The notes below the pieces were generated by a model. That model was not told the DNA's origin. It saw only the letters and a program-made list of their open reading frames with translations, and searched no databases. A DNA stretch of 64,000 bases. Origin: an uncultured delta proteobacterium. Lineage in GTDB: Bacteria; Myxococcota_A; Polyangia; Fen-1088. The stretch is taken from NCBI GenBank assembly GCA_963796685.1, contig CAWCMR010000003.1:1-64000 (forward strand). The letters run 5' to 3'. Position numbers and translations under genes: made by a program. Positions 1 through 8,820 of this stretch are shown one piece after another (position 1 is the first letter of the stretch; each line of letters begins with the position of its first letter).

Positions 1-8
1 CCTAGGCC

Positions 9-2225
9 ATGGCACTTCTCGGAAGCGATACCTTTGTGAATGGACCCTTTCCCAAGGGAGTGCTGCTGCTCGAGTCCTTGACGGGGACCGAGGCGCTGGG
101 GGGGCCGTACGAATTCGACCTCGTTCTCCTGTCCAAGGACCCCAACCTCGATGCCGATGATGCGCTGGGAAGGCCGATGGCGGTGCAGATCCGCATGAAC
201 AATCTCGAAAGCCGCTACTTCCACGGCATCGTCACCAGCTTCCGCAAAGGCGGCGCCACCCAGCTCCACACCCGCTACGCTGCGACCCTGCGGCCGCAGC
301 TCAGCCTGTTCGAGGACACCTTCGACTGCCGCGTGTTCAACGATCCTTCGCAGGACGCCCTCAGCATCGTGACCGACGTGTTGGCGAAACGTGGGTTGAC
401 CGACGTCGAATCGGGTTCGATCACGGACCACGCCTTTCGCGCACGCGAATACTGCGTGCAGTTTCGCGAGAGCGACCTGAATTTCGTGCAGCGCCTGCTC
501 GAGGAGGAGGGCATCTACTATTTCTTCGAGCACGAGGAAGCCAAGCACACCCTGGTGCTTGCGGATTCCATCACCGGGCACGAGACGGTGGATGGCTACG
601 AAGCGGTTCTCTATGCCCAGAAAGAGCGAAAGGTCGCGGGCTCCGAGGAGCATTTCTGGGGCATGAAGGTGCGCAGGGGGCTCTATCCCGGGCGTCACAC
701 GATCTTGAGCGGCTACGACCCCACGCAGCTTCGGCCGAAGCAGCCTCAGCTCGGTCACGGGACGTCGGAGGATCTGGTGACAGCGTACCCGTACGAGCAC
801 TACGACTATCCCGGCGGGCTCTTCGATCCCGAGGAAGCGCAGCGCGAGGCGGACGTGCGCACGCAGATCGGCGGCGTGGAGCACACCCTCATCGAGGTGG
901 AGGGCAACACCGTGGGGCTCGGGGTCGGCAATCTGGTTTCGCTGCGCAAGAGCCTGGAAGACTTCGACGAGATCCTCCCGTTCTGGAGCGAAGAGGATTT
1001 CCTTTCGCAGTATCTGATTGTCGGCGCGACCTATACGATCAGCATCAACCAGGCCGAGACCGGCGAGGTGGCGGGCAGCGACGAGCCCTTCAAGGCGCGA
1101 TACTGGCTGCTCAACAGCCAGACGCAGTTTCGTCCTTCGCGCACGACGCGCAAACCGGTCATGTCCGGCGCGCAGACCGCGCTGGTGGTCGGCCCGGCGG
1201 GCGAGGAGATTTGGACGGACGAGCTCGGCCGCGTGCGGGTGCAGTTCGATTGGGACCGCCTGGGCGAGCGCAACGAGAAGTCGTCGTGCTGGGTGCGCGT
1301 GTCGCAGATGTGGGCAGGGGCGAAGTGGGGGGCGATCCACATTCCGCGCATCGGGCAGGAGGTGATCGTGGATTTCCTCGATGGAGATCCCGATCGGCCC
1401 ATCATCACGGGACGGGTGTACGACGCCGACAACATGCCGCCCTACGATCTGCCGGCCAACCAGACGCAAAGCGGGATCAAGAGCCGCAGCAGCAAGGGCG
1501 GCACGGCCAGCAACTTCAACGAGCTCCGCTTCGAGGACAAGAAGGGCCAGGAAGAGCTGCACCTGCAGGCCGAAAAGGACATGTCCACCCTGGTCAAGCA
1601 CGACCAGACCCTGAGCGTGGGCGTGGATCGCAGCATCGTGGTGGGCAACGACGAGGACACGCACATCAAGCACAACCGCCAGACCACGGTGGACGTCAAT
1701 GACGACGTCATCATCGGCGGCTCGCACGACAAGACGGTGACCGGCGCGGTGACGCAGATCTACGGCGACGACCACATGCGCAAGGTGGACGGCGATCAGC
1801 TGCTGGTGGCGGAGAAGAACAAGACCGAGCACGTGAAGCTGGCCTACACCCTGACCACGGACGAGATGTTCCAGCTCAACCAGGACGCGACCAGCATGAC
1901 CTTCGAGGGCACCAACGTGACCCTCGATTCGGCGGGCAAGATTACGATGATGGCCGGCGGCGCGACGGTGATGGTCGATCAGGCGGGCATGGTCACGGTG
2001 ATGTCGCCCACGGGCATCAACCTCTTGTGTGGGGGCAGCGGCTTGTCCATCTTGCCCGGCGGCATTGCCGTCGCCGCCGCCGCGGTCACGGCCGCGGCCG
2101 GGGGAGCCAGCAAGATGGAGATGGGCGAGAAGAACGTGACCATGAAGAGCAAGACCGTCACCATCGAGGCTGAGACCACCTGCAGCATCAAAGGCAAGAG
2201 CGTGCTCAAGCTGAACACGACGTAG
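9..2225 (+). CDS. vgrG: Type VI secretion tip protein VgrG/TssI
   Basis: Motifs REYCVQFRESDLNFVQRLLEEEGIYYFF, EEIWTDELGRVRVQFDW, IPRIGQEVIVDFLDGDPDRPIITGRVY and NELRFEDKKGQEEL; gp5-like beta-helix repeats at the C-terminus. Confidence 0.96.
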   Translation: MALLGSDTFVNGPFPKGVLLLESLTGTEALGGPYEFDLVLLSKDPNLDADDALGRPMAVQIRMNNLESRYFHGIVTSFRKGGATQLHTRYAATLRPQLSLFEDTFDCRVFNDPSQDALSIVTDVLAKRGLTDVESGSITDHAFRAREYCVQFRESDLNFVQRLLEEEGIYYFFEHEEAKHTLVLADSITGHETVDGYEAVLYAQKERKVAGSEEHFWGMKVRRGLYPGRHTILSGYDPTQLRPKQPQLGHGTSEDLVTAYPYEHYDYPGGLFDPEEAQREADVRTQIGGVEHTLIEVEGNTVGLGVGNLVSLRKSLEDFDEILPFWSEEDFLSQYLIVGATYTISINQAETGEVAGSDEPFKARYWLLNSQTQFRPSRTTRKPVMSGAQTALVVGPAGEEIWTDELGRVRVQFDWDRLGERNEKSSCWVRVSQMWAGAKWGAIHIPRIGQEVIVDFLDGDPDRPIITGRVYDADNMPPYDLPANQTQSGIKSRSSKGGTASNFNELRFEDKKGQEELHLQAEKDMSTLVKHDQTLSVGVDRSIVVGNDEDTHIKHNRQTTVDVNDDVIIGGSHDKTVTGAVTQIYGDDHMRKVDGDQLLVAEKNKTEHVKLAYTLTTDEMFQLNQDATSMTFEGTNVTLDSAGKITMMAGGATVMVDQAGMVTVMSPTGINLLCGGSGLSILPGGIAVAAAAVTAAAGGASKMEMGEKNVTMKSKTVTIEAETTCSIKGKSVLKLNTT

Positions 2226-2312
2226 TCTCGTCACTCAAGCGTGAGGGCCGATCTGCCGTTGAGGGTGCGAACATGTCCACCGGCCAGGGACGTCGTGGCC
2301 TCGACGGAATGA

Positions 2313-5300
2313 ATGCGTGACAGAGAGCGAAATCCCCGCAGACCAGCGGCGCTGGGTCAGCCCGTGAGCGAACAGAGCGGGCTTCGCCGCGACGTGCTCG
2401 ACCGCATCGGCGCCGGGGTTGCCATCGTGGATCCTCGCACTCGCGTCATCGAGTGGGTTAATCCCACGGCGGCCGAGCTCCTTGGCGCGCCAGCGGAACA
2501 GATCGCGGGGCAGAAGTGTCACCGTCTTCTTTGTTCCGCCGAGGAGGAAGAGTGCCCCGTCCTCGATCGAGATAAGGAGGTGGACAACGCGGAGCGCACG
2601 CTCTTGCGGCGCGATGGCCGCGATTTGACCGTCGTAAAGTCGGTCAAACGCGTTTGCATCGATGGCGAGGAGAAGCTCCTCGAGACCTTCATCGACATCA
2701 GCGAGCGCAAGCGCGTCGAGCAGAATCGGCGCGAGAGCGAGGATCGGTACCGCGCGCTCTTCGAGACCTCCAGCGATGCCATGATGGTCCTCGCGCCCCC
2801 CGACTGGAGCTTCATCTCCGCCAACGCGGCAACGCTGGAGCTGTTCGGGGTGAAAGACGAGGAGACGTTCAAGGCTTTCGCCCCTTGGCAGGTTTCCCCG
2901 GCCACCCAACCCGATGGCCGGCCTTCTTCGGACAAGGCGCGGGAAATGATCGCCATCGCCATGCGCCAGGGCTCGCACAGCTTCGAGTGGAGGCACCAGC
3001 GGAGGGATGGTCGAGAGATCCCCGCCTCGGTGCTGCTCACCCGGTTGGTGCTCGGCGGCCAGACGCTGCTGCAGGCGACGGTGCGGGATCTGAGACCGAT
3101 CGAGCTGGCCCTGTCTGCGTTGCGCGACAGCGAGGAACGGTTGCGACTCGCCGTCGAGGCCACGGGCATGGGCACCTACCTTTTGGACCACGCCACGGGC
3201 AAGGCGAATCATTCGCCGGAGCTCTTGTCCCTTTACGATGTGCCGCCGGACGGCACCTTGCCTTTGGGGCCGGATCTTGTTCCCCTTGCGGTCCTGGACG
3301 AGGACCGTCAAGTCTTCCGCGCGGCCGTAGCCGCCAGCAACGAGCCTTCGGGCGACGGTGTGCTGAAGGTCGAGTTTCGCGTGCGCAGACCCGACGGCTC
3401 GATCCGCTGGCTGATGGCGCGAGGACGTACGGAATTCGAGGACGTGCCCGGTGAGCGCCGCCCTTCCAGGGCCGCCGGGATCATCATGGACATCACCGAG
3501 CGCAGGCAGGCCGAGGAGATGCTGCGCCGATACGAGCTGCTGGCCGCGCACAGCCGGGATATGGTGCTCTTCGTGCGGCGCGATGACGGGTGCATCCTCA
3601 ACGCCAATGCTTCGGCCCTCGCGACCTACGGCTACACGCGCGACGAAATGCTCTCGCTGTCGATTCAGCACCTTCGTGCCCCCGAGGCACGGCTGCTGAC
3701 CGAGGAGCAGATGGCGCTTGCGGACTCTGTCGGGGTGCGATTCGAAACGGTCCATCAGCGCAGGGACCGCGGCGCCTTTCCAGTCGAGGTCAGCTCGGTG
3801 GGGGCAACGATCGGCGGCGTCCGCACGCTGATGAGCGTGGTGCGCGACATCAGCGAGCGCAGGCAGGCCGAGGCGGCGTTGCGCGAGAGCGAGGAAAGAT
3901 TTCGGGCCTCCTTCATGACCGGGCTGGATGCCGTCTTCTGGGCAAGCTTGCATGATGGGCGGATCCTGGAGGTCAATCGGGTCTTCGAGGGTCTCTACGG
4001 CTACTTCCGCGACGAGGCTATCGGCAGGACCGCGGAACAGCTTGGCCTGTATTGCAACCCCGACGATCGTTCGAGAATGCTTTCCGAGCTCGAGGAAAAG
4101 GGCTTCGTCAGGGACTTGGAAATGAAGGCGAGACGAAAGGACGGTCAGCTCATCACCGTGTCCTTTTCCGCCAGCCTGGTGCGCAGCTCCAACCAGCAGT
4201 TCTTCCTGGGGATAGTCCGCGATATCACCGAACGTAAGCGCGCCGAGGAGGAAACGGCGAAGCTCACGTTGCAACTTCAGCAGGCGCAGAAGATGGAATC
4301 CGTCGGCCGCTTGGCCGGCGGCGTGGCCCACGACTTCAACAACATGCTGGGGGTCATCCTCGGGTACTCGGAATTGGCGTTGGAGAAGATCGGCGCGTCC
4401 GACCCGCTTCACGACGACCTGACGAACATTCGGACAGCCGCGCAGCGGTCGGCGGCTCTCACCAACCAGCTTCTGGCCTTCGCGCGCAAGCAGACGGTTG
4501 CGCCCAGAGTGCTGAATCTGAACCATACGGTCTCGGGCCTGCTCAAGATGGTGAGACGGCTCATTGGCGAGGACATCGAGCTTCGGTGGCGGCCGGGGGA
4601 GAACGTGTGGCCGGTCAAGGTCGATCCGACCCAGCTCGATCAGATTCTGGCCAACCTGTGTGTCAATGCTCGCGACGCCATTGCCAATGTCGGCACGATC
4701 GTCATCGAGACGGGCAGCAAAGTCATCCCGGCCCACGCTGCCACCACCTCGAATGGCACCTTGCCGGGAGACTACGTTTGGCTGACCGTGAGCGACGACG
4801 GCTGCGGCATGGCGCCGAGCACGCTGGCGCACGCCTTCGAGCCCTTTTTCACCACGAAGGACGCCGGCAAGGGGACTGGCCTGGGCCTGTCCACCGTGTA
4901 CGGCATCGTCAAGCAGAACGGCGGTTTCATCGAGCTGCGCAGCGAGCTCGCGCAAGGTACGGCGGTCACCCTCTACCTGCCCCGGCATGTGGGCAAGGAG
5001 GTTGACGACGGGACACACGCGACGGCGGGAATCGTTCAGCCCGGCCAGGAGACCATCCTGCTGGTGGAAGATGAAGCGCCTCTATTGGAGGTCACGCAAA
5101 GGATGCTGGAGAAACGTGGCTACCGGGTGCTGCCAGCAGGCACGCCTGAGCGGGCCATCCAGCTTGCGCGCGAGCATGGGGGAGACATCGATTTGCTCGT
5201 CACCGACGTGGTCATGCCCAAGATGAACGGCCGCGACCTGGCCAAGAGCTTCTCGTCGCTGCATCCCCGGGCCAAGCGTCTGTTCATGTCGGGTCACACC

Positions 5301-5426
5301 GCCGAGGTCATCGCTCAGGGCATCCTGGATCGGGGCGTGTTCTTCATCCAGAAGCCGTTTTCGGCCAAGGATCTGGCGGCCATGGTCCGTCGCGTACTGG
5401 ACGCCGGGAGCGCGGACGCGGCCTAA
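2313..5426 (+). CDS. Multi-PAS hybrid sensor histidine kinase with C-terminal receiver
   Basis: About 5 PAS/PAC units ending in DI(S/T)ERK/R; H-box AHDFNNML; N-box NLCVNARDA; G-boxes DDGCGM and GKGTGLGL; receiver LLVTDVVMPKMNG. Start may be GTG 2364. Confidence 0.93.
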   Translation: MRDRERNPRRPAALGQPVSEQSGLRRDVLDRIGAGVAIVDPRTRVIEWVNPTAAELLGAPAEQIAGQKCHRLLCSAEEEECPVLDRDKEVDNAERTLLRRDGRDLTVVKSVKRVCIDGEEKLLETFIDISERKRVEQNRRESEDRYRALFETSSDAMMVLAPPDWSFISANAATLELFGVKDEETFKAFAPWQVSPATQPDGRPSSDKAREMIAIAMRQGSHSFEWRHQRRDGREIPASVLLTRLVLGGQTLLQATVRDLRPIELALSALRDSEERLRLAVEATGMGTYLLDHATGKANHSPELLSLYDVPPDGTLPLGPDLVPLAVLDEDRQVFRAAVAASNEPSGDGVLKVEFRVRRPDGSIRWLMARGRTEFEDVPGERRPSRAAGIIMDITERRQAEEMLRRYELLAAHSRDMVLFVRRDDGCILNANASALATYGYTRDEMLSLSIQHLRAPEARLLTEEQMALADSVGVRFETVHQRRDRGAFPVEVSSVGATIGGVRTLMSVVRDISERRQAEAALRESEERFRASFMTGLDAVFWASLHDGRILEVNRVFEGLYGYFRDEAIGRTAEQLGLYCNPDDRSRMLSELEEKGFVRDLEMKARRKDGQLITVSFSASLVRSSNQQFFLGIVRDITERKRAEEETAKLTLQLQQAQKMESVGRLAGGVAHDFNNMLGVILGYSELALEKIGASDPLHDDLTNIRTAAQRSAALTNQLLAFARKQTVAPRVLNLNHTVSGLLKMVRRLIGEDIELRWRPGENVWPVKVDPTQLDQILANLCVNARDAIANVGTIVIETGSKVIPAHAATTSNGTLPGDYVWLTVSDDGCGMAPSTLAHAFEPFFTTKDAGKGTGLGLSTVYGIVKQNGGFIELRSELAQGTAVTLYLPRHVGKEVDDGTHATAGIVQPGQETILLVEDEAPLLEVTQRMLEKRGYRVLPAGTPERAIQLAREHGGDIDLLVTDVVMPKMNGRDLAKSFSSLHPRAKRLFMSGHTAEVIAQGILDRGVFFIQKPFSAKDLAAMVRRVLDAGSADAA

Positions 5427-5476
5427 GCCGAGCCCTATCCGGCAACGACGGATTGCCGGCCTTGTCGCAGGTGCAA

Positions 5477-6328
5477 TCAGTTGCCGACCACCGGCCCGCA
5501 GGTGGGGCAACCGCAGGGCAGGGCGCTTGGCAGGACTCCGCCGGCCGGGCAAGCAATGGCCGGGCACACGATGTCCAGGCAGATGATGGGGCCGTCCGTG
5601 GCCCCAGCGTCAGCCGGCGCGCAGGTGGGACAACCGCACGGTGTGGGGCTTGCCTGGTAACCGTTCAGGCAGGCAATCATCGGGCACGCGACGAGTGGAC
5701 AGGTGGTCGGACCATCGGCCCCGCCGTCATCCGCTGAACCGGCGTCGATGGGCGCACAGATGGGGCAACTGCAAGGCGGCGGACCTTTCACGGTGCCGTT
5801 CGGGCAGTCGGGTTGCGCGCAGGCGGCGTTGCAAATCAAGGGGCCGTCGGCGGGGCGAGCATCCTTGTTGGTCGCGGCGTCGGAAGTGCTGCCGGCGTCG
5901 CCACCATCAGGCGGAGGCGCGCAGGTGGGGCAGCCGCACGGGGACGGCCCTGGCACGACACCGTATGGGCATTTGTCGGGCAGTACGCACGCGATGGCGG
6001 GGCAAATTGTCGTTCCGCCCGCGCCGCCGGCCGCGCCACCGGTACCGCCGGCTTTTCCGCCCGCGCCAGGCGCACCGCCGGTGCCGCCGGTTTTTCCGCC
6101 GGTGCCGCCAGCCATTCCGCCCACGCCCATTGTCATGCCACCGTCACCCATCATCCCTCCCACGCCGCTGGTGGCGCCACCGCTGCCGCTCTTTGTTCCA
6201 CCGGTGCCGGTTCCGCCTCCGCCCTTTCCCCCAAGTCCGCTGAGCCCGAGGCCGGAGTTGTCCGTGCAGGCAACCATGAAGAAACAGCCCGACAGGAGGC
6301 TGACCAGAACCGTCGACGTGTTGCGCAT
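5477..6328 (-). CDS. Cys-rich repeat lipoprotein with Gly-rich linker
   Basis: RBS GGAGG before ATG 6328; lipobox-like FMVAC; GG/GT linker; four 6-Cys repeats ending PC(G/S)CP(T/I)C. Confidence 0.78.
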   Translation of the reverse strand: MRNTSTVLVSLLSGCFFMVACTDNSGLGLSGLGGKGGGGTGTGGTKSGSGGATSGVGGMMGDGGMTMGVGGMAGGTGGKTGGTGGAPGAGGKAGGTGGAAGGAGGTTICPAIACVLPDKCPYGVVPGPSPCGCPTCAPPPDGGDAGSTSDAATNKDARPADGPLICNAACAQPDCPNGTVKGPPPCSCPICAPIDAGSADDGGADGPTTCPLVACPMIACLNGYQASPTPCGCPTCAPADAGATDGPIICLDIVCPAIACPAGGVLPSALPCGCPTCGPVVGN

Positions 6329-6360
6329 TGATCCCTCCGTCATACTTCGAGGCCGCTTTT

Positions 6361-6378
6361 ACGCAACCTTCGTGCCGT
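6361..6378 (-). promoter_or_regulatory. Putative sigma-54 (-24/-12) promoter
   Basis: Minus strand ACGGCACGAAGGTTGCGT with exact GG-N10-GC spacing, about 33 nt upstream of ATG 6328. Confidence 0.55.
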
Positions 6379-6532
6379 CCTTCGTGGCGGGCAAGCGGCC
6401 CGAAAACCCAGCGTTGTCCGCCAAGGCGCCGTGCCATCGCCTCAGAATCCTGAGAATGGCGCCCAATAGTCGAGCAGGCGCTGGCGCGATGGGGACCGGG
6501 ACTCAGGGGGTCAGGATGGTGGTCGAGCGAGG

Positions 6533-7405
6533 CTAACGGTGGCCACCGCCACCATGGAAACCACCGCCAAAGCCGCCGCCGTGGAAGCCTCCGCCGTGGA
6601 AGCCTCCGAACCTGGGTCCGCCGCCGTGGAAGCCTCCGCCGTGGAAGCCTCCGAACCTGGGTCCGCCGCCGTGGAAACCTCCGAACCTGGGTCCGCCGCC
6701 GTAGAAGCCACCGCGGTATCCGATGAATGGCCTAGCACCCCACCAACCCATTCCCCAATACCAGTCGGGTCCCCACAAGTACCAGTCGGGTCCCCACCAC
6801 CAGCCTGGAGCGTAGTCCAGAACGACTCCGGCTTCCTCGGTGGGCTCGTAGTAGATCTCGCCGGTAACGGGGCCGTTCAACATGTCGAAGCGGGTGCTGA
6901 AGGTTTCGGTTTGGCTGCCGCGATGAACCTGCCATAGAAGGTCGACGAACATCGGTCGCGCTTCCGGCCCAATGGGGAAGAAGAGGTCGACCTTGCCGCG
7001 CTTCCCCGGCGGAACTTCCAGCAAGGTGCCCGCGGGCTCGCTGCTCGAGTAGGCCGGGTACAGGTTGCTGGAGCCATCTAAGGCCAACTTCATATCGCGC
7101 GGATCGAGTGTCCAGGCGACCGTGTCCGCATCATTCTGGACCGCTATGCGGATGTGCAAGAGCCTTTCAGGGGGGGCGCCTGGCGCGGCGCGATCTTCCA
7201 CTCCCAGGGACATGACGAAGGCCTTGCCCTTGGGCGCCACGGCCGGGATTGCGTACTGCGAAACTGGCGGCCCGGGCGGCTCGGGCTGGACGTAGTCCTG
7301 CGGGGAATAATCCTCTTCCGTGGCCACGTACCCGTACCCGCAGCCCGCCAGCAGCGTCGGTGCGGCGAGCAGTGCCACCAGGAGACCTGTCCTCTTGTCC
7401 CTCAT
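6533..7405 (-). CDS. Lipoprotein with Trp-rich segment and GGF(H/Y)GGG repeat tail
   Basis: MRDKRTGLLVALLAAPTLLAGC lipoprotein signal; globular middle; WWWGPDWYLWGPDWYW; Gly/His/Phe low-complexity C-terminus. Confidence 0.75.
   Translation of the reverse strand: MRDKRTGLLVALLAAPTLLAGCGYGYVATEEDYSPQDYVQPEPPGPPVSQYAIPAVAPKGKAFVMSLGVEDRAAPGAPPERLLHIRIAVQNDADTVAWTLDPRDMKLALDGSSNLYPAYSSSEPAGTLLEVPPGKRGKVDLFFPIGPEARPMFVDLLWQVHRGSQTETFSTRFDMLNGPVTGEIYYEPTEEAGVVLDYAPGWWWGPDWYLWGPDWYWGMGWWGARPFIGYRGGFYGGGPRFGGFHGGGPRFGGFHGGGFHGGGPRFGGFHGGGFHGGGFGGGFHGGGGHR
6545..6712 (-). repeat. Coding tandem repeats (15/30-bp units) encoding FHGGG / GGFHGGGPRF
   Basis: Repeated gccgccgtggaagcctcc and gaacctgggtccgccgcc on the + strand. 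Confidence 0.85.
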
Positions 7406-7418
7406 GATGAAATGTGGA

Positions 7419-7436
7419 ATGCACAGCCAGTGCCAA
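7419..7436 (-). promoter_or_regulatory. Putative sigma-54 promoter
   Basis: Minus strand TTGGCACTGGCTGTGCAT, GG-N10-GC, just upstream of ATG 7405. Confidence 0.5.
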
Positions 7437-7578
7437 GCGGCCACCGCGGTTCATATCGACAGCTCGTGCCGCCTCGTGACCTGCTCCGTGGCAATCCGCC
7501 TCGCGTGGCAGTTCGCCCCATGGCACAGCGAGGAGCCCGGAAGGCGTGGCTGGCTCAGGGGTATCGACCTTGACCAGT

Positions 7579-8502
7579 TCAAACAATCAGGAAGATACCG
7601 AGGATCACCCCGGTCAAGGCCAACGACTTGCGCAGACGATTGCGTTCGCCGAAGAGCAAGGAGCCGAGCGCGAAGCTCAGCACCACGTTGGTCCGGCGCA
7701 CGATCGAGATCACGCTGATCAAGGCGCCGGGCATGGCCAGGGCGTGGAAGTAGAGCGCATCGGAGAGCAGCAACAGCGCGCCGACGGCGGCGATGGTCCA
7801 GCGCCAGCGGAAGGGCGTGTTGCCAGCGCGGCGGGGCCACCACAAGAAGACGACGATCAGCCCTTGAATGAGGGCGTTGTAGACGGTGAACCAGAGCTGC
7901 ATGGCAAGGGCGGGCAGGTGCGCGCTTTGCAAGAGATGCTTGTCGTAAAGTCCGCTGGCGGCGCCCACCAGCGTGCCGAGAAAGAGCGACCACACCCAGG
8001 CGTTGCGCGAGAAGTGGATGCCCTCGCTGCGGCCGATGAGCGAGAAGATCCAGTAGGCGGACAGGATGACCGCCATGCCCAGCCCCTGGCGCAGGCTGGG
8101 GCTCTCGCCGAATAGAACGACCGCGCCCAGCAACGTGAAAAGCGGGGCGCTGGCCCGTACGGGCGAGGCGAGAGAAATGGGCAGGTGCTTGAGCGCGAAG
8201 AAGGTCAATACCCAGGAAAGCGTGACCAGGGCCGCCTTGGCCAGCACCAAGGCGTGCTCGTGCCAGGAAAGCGCGTGGATGAAGACGCCATGGGCGCGTG
8301 CCCAGGTTGGTGCGGCCAGCGAGAGGGCGCCCAGGGGCAACATGAGCGCCAGTCCTGTGGCGCTGCTCGCGAAGAGGACGACCAGCACGGCGTTGTCTCG
8401 CACCGAGGCCTTCTTGGCCACATCGTAAACGCCGAGAAAGATGGCCGAAAAGACAGCGAAGAGCGCCCAGGAAAGCCCGGGCGTGGAAAATGGAGCGTGC
8501 AT
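7579..8502 (-). CDS. EamA/DMT family transporter
   Basis: About 10 TM helices in two repeats; FFALKHLPISLASP, VVLFGES and LLFGER motifs. Confidence 0.88.
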   Translation of the reverse strand: MHAPFSTPGLSWALFAVFSAIFLGVYDVAKKASVRDNAVLVVLFASSATGLALMLPLGALSLAAPTWARAHGVFIHALSWHEHALVLAKAALVTLSWVLTFFALKHLPISLASPVRASAPLFTLLGAVVLFGESPSLRQGLGMAVILSAYWIFSLIGRSEGIHFSRNAWVWSLFLGTLVGAASGLYDKHLLQSAHLPALAMQLWFTVYNALIQGLIVVFLWWPRRAGNTPFRWRWTIAAVGALLLLSDALYFHALAMPGALISVISIVRRTNVVLSFALGSLLFGERNRLRKSLALTGVILGIFLIV

Positions 8503-8585
8503 GGAGCACGCGCCTTATAGCGTTTCTGCCGCCAGAAGCGCGGCAAGAAGTCGGAGGGCGTGCCGCGAGCCCGAGGCCCGCAACC

Positions 8586-8690
8586 TTACCTGCACGTGTT
8601 GAGAAACGTCCGGATGCTGATCTGGTTCGCCACGACGAGGTCGAGGCGGCCATCGCCATTGACGTCCCCCGCGACTGCGGTCGTATAGTC
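8586..8690 (-). pseudogene. Remnant 3' end of an FG-GAP/VCBS repeat gene
   Basis: Translates TTAVAGDVNGDGRLDLVVANQISIRTFLNTCR*; no start codon before an upstream in-frame stop. Confidence 0.65.
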
Positions 8691-8773
8691 GGGCTGGATG
8701 GGATGATCGTTAGGTAGGGTGCTATCGAGATCCCCGAGCTTGAAAGCCCGTCTGTGAGCCCGGCCGCTGTTTC

Positions 8774-8820
8774 GTAGGGGCCGCGCAGCGGCCTATCGCC
8801 TCGCCCCGCGGCGCCCCTAC
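8774..8820. repeat. GTAG-type REP-like palindrome / possible terminator
   Basis: GTAGGGGC...GCCCCTAC terminal inverted repeat with inner CCGCG/CGCGG; contains the TAG stop of the upstream minus-strand gene. Confidence 0.55.

Noticed and set aside
2235-5018. Long antisense and alternate-frame ORFs (e.g. 2235-5018, 23267-25867, 26936-30400, 38357-40522, 61995-63803)
   Set aside because: Shadow ORFs of well-supported genes in high-GC DNA, with no motifs
5477-8502. RiPP or toxin cluster around the Cys-rich and Gly-rich proteins
   Set aside because: Both are lipoproteins of about 290 aa with no adjacent modifying enzymes; the radical SAM gene is 7 kb away and unlinked
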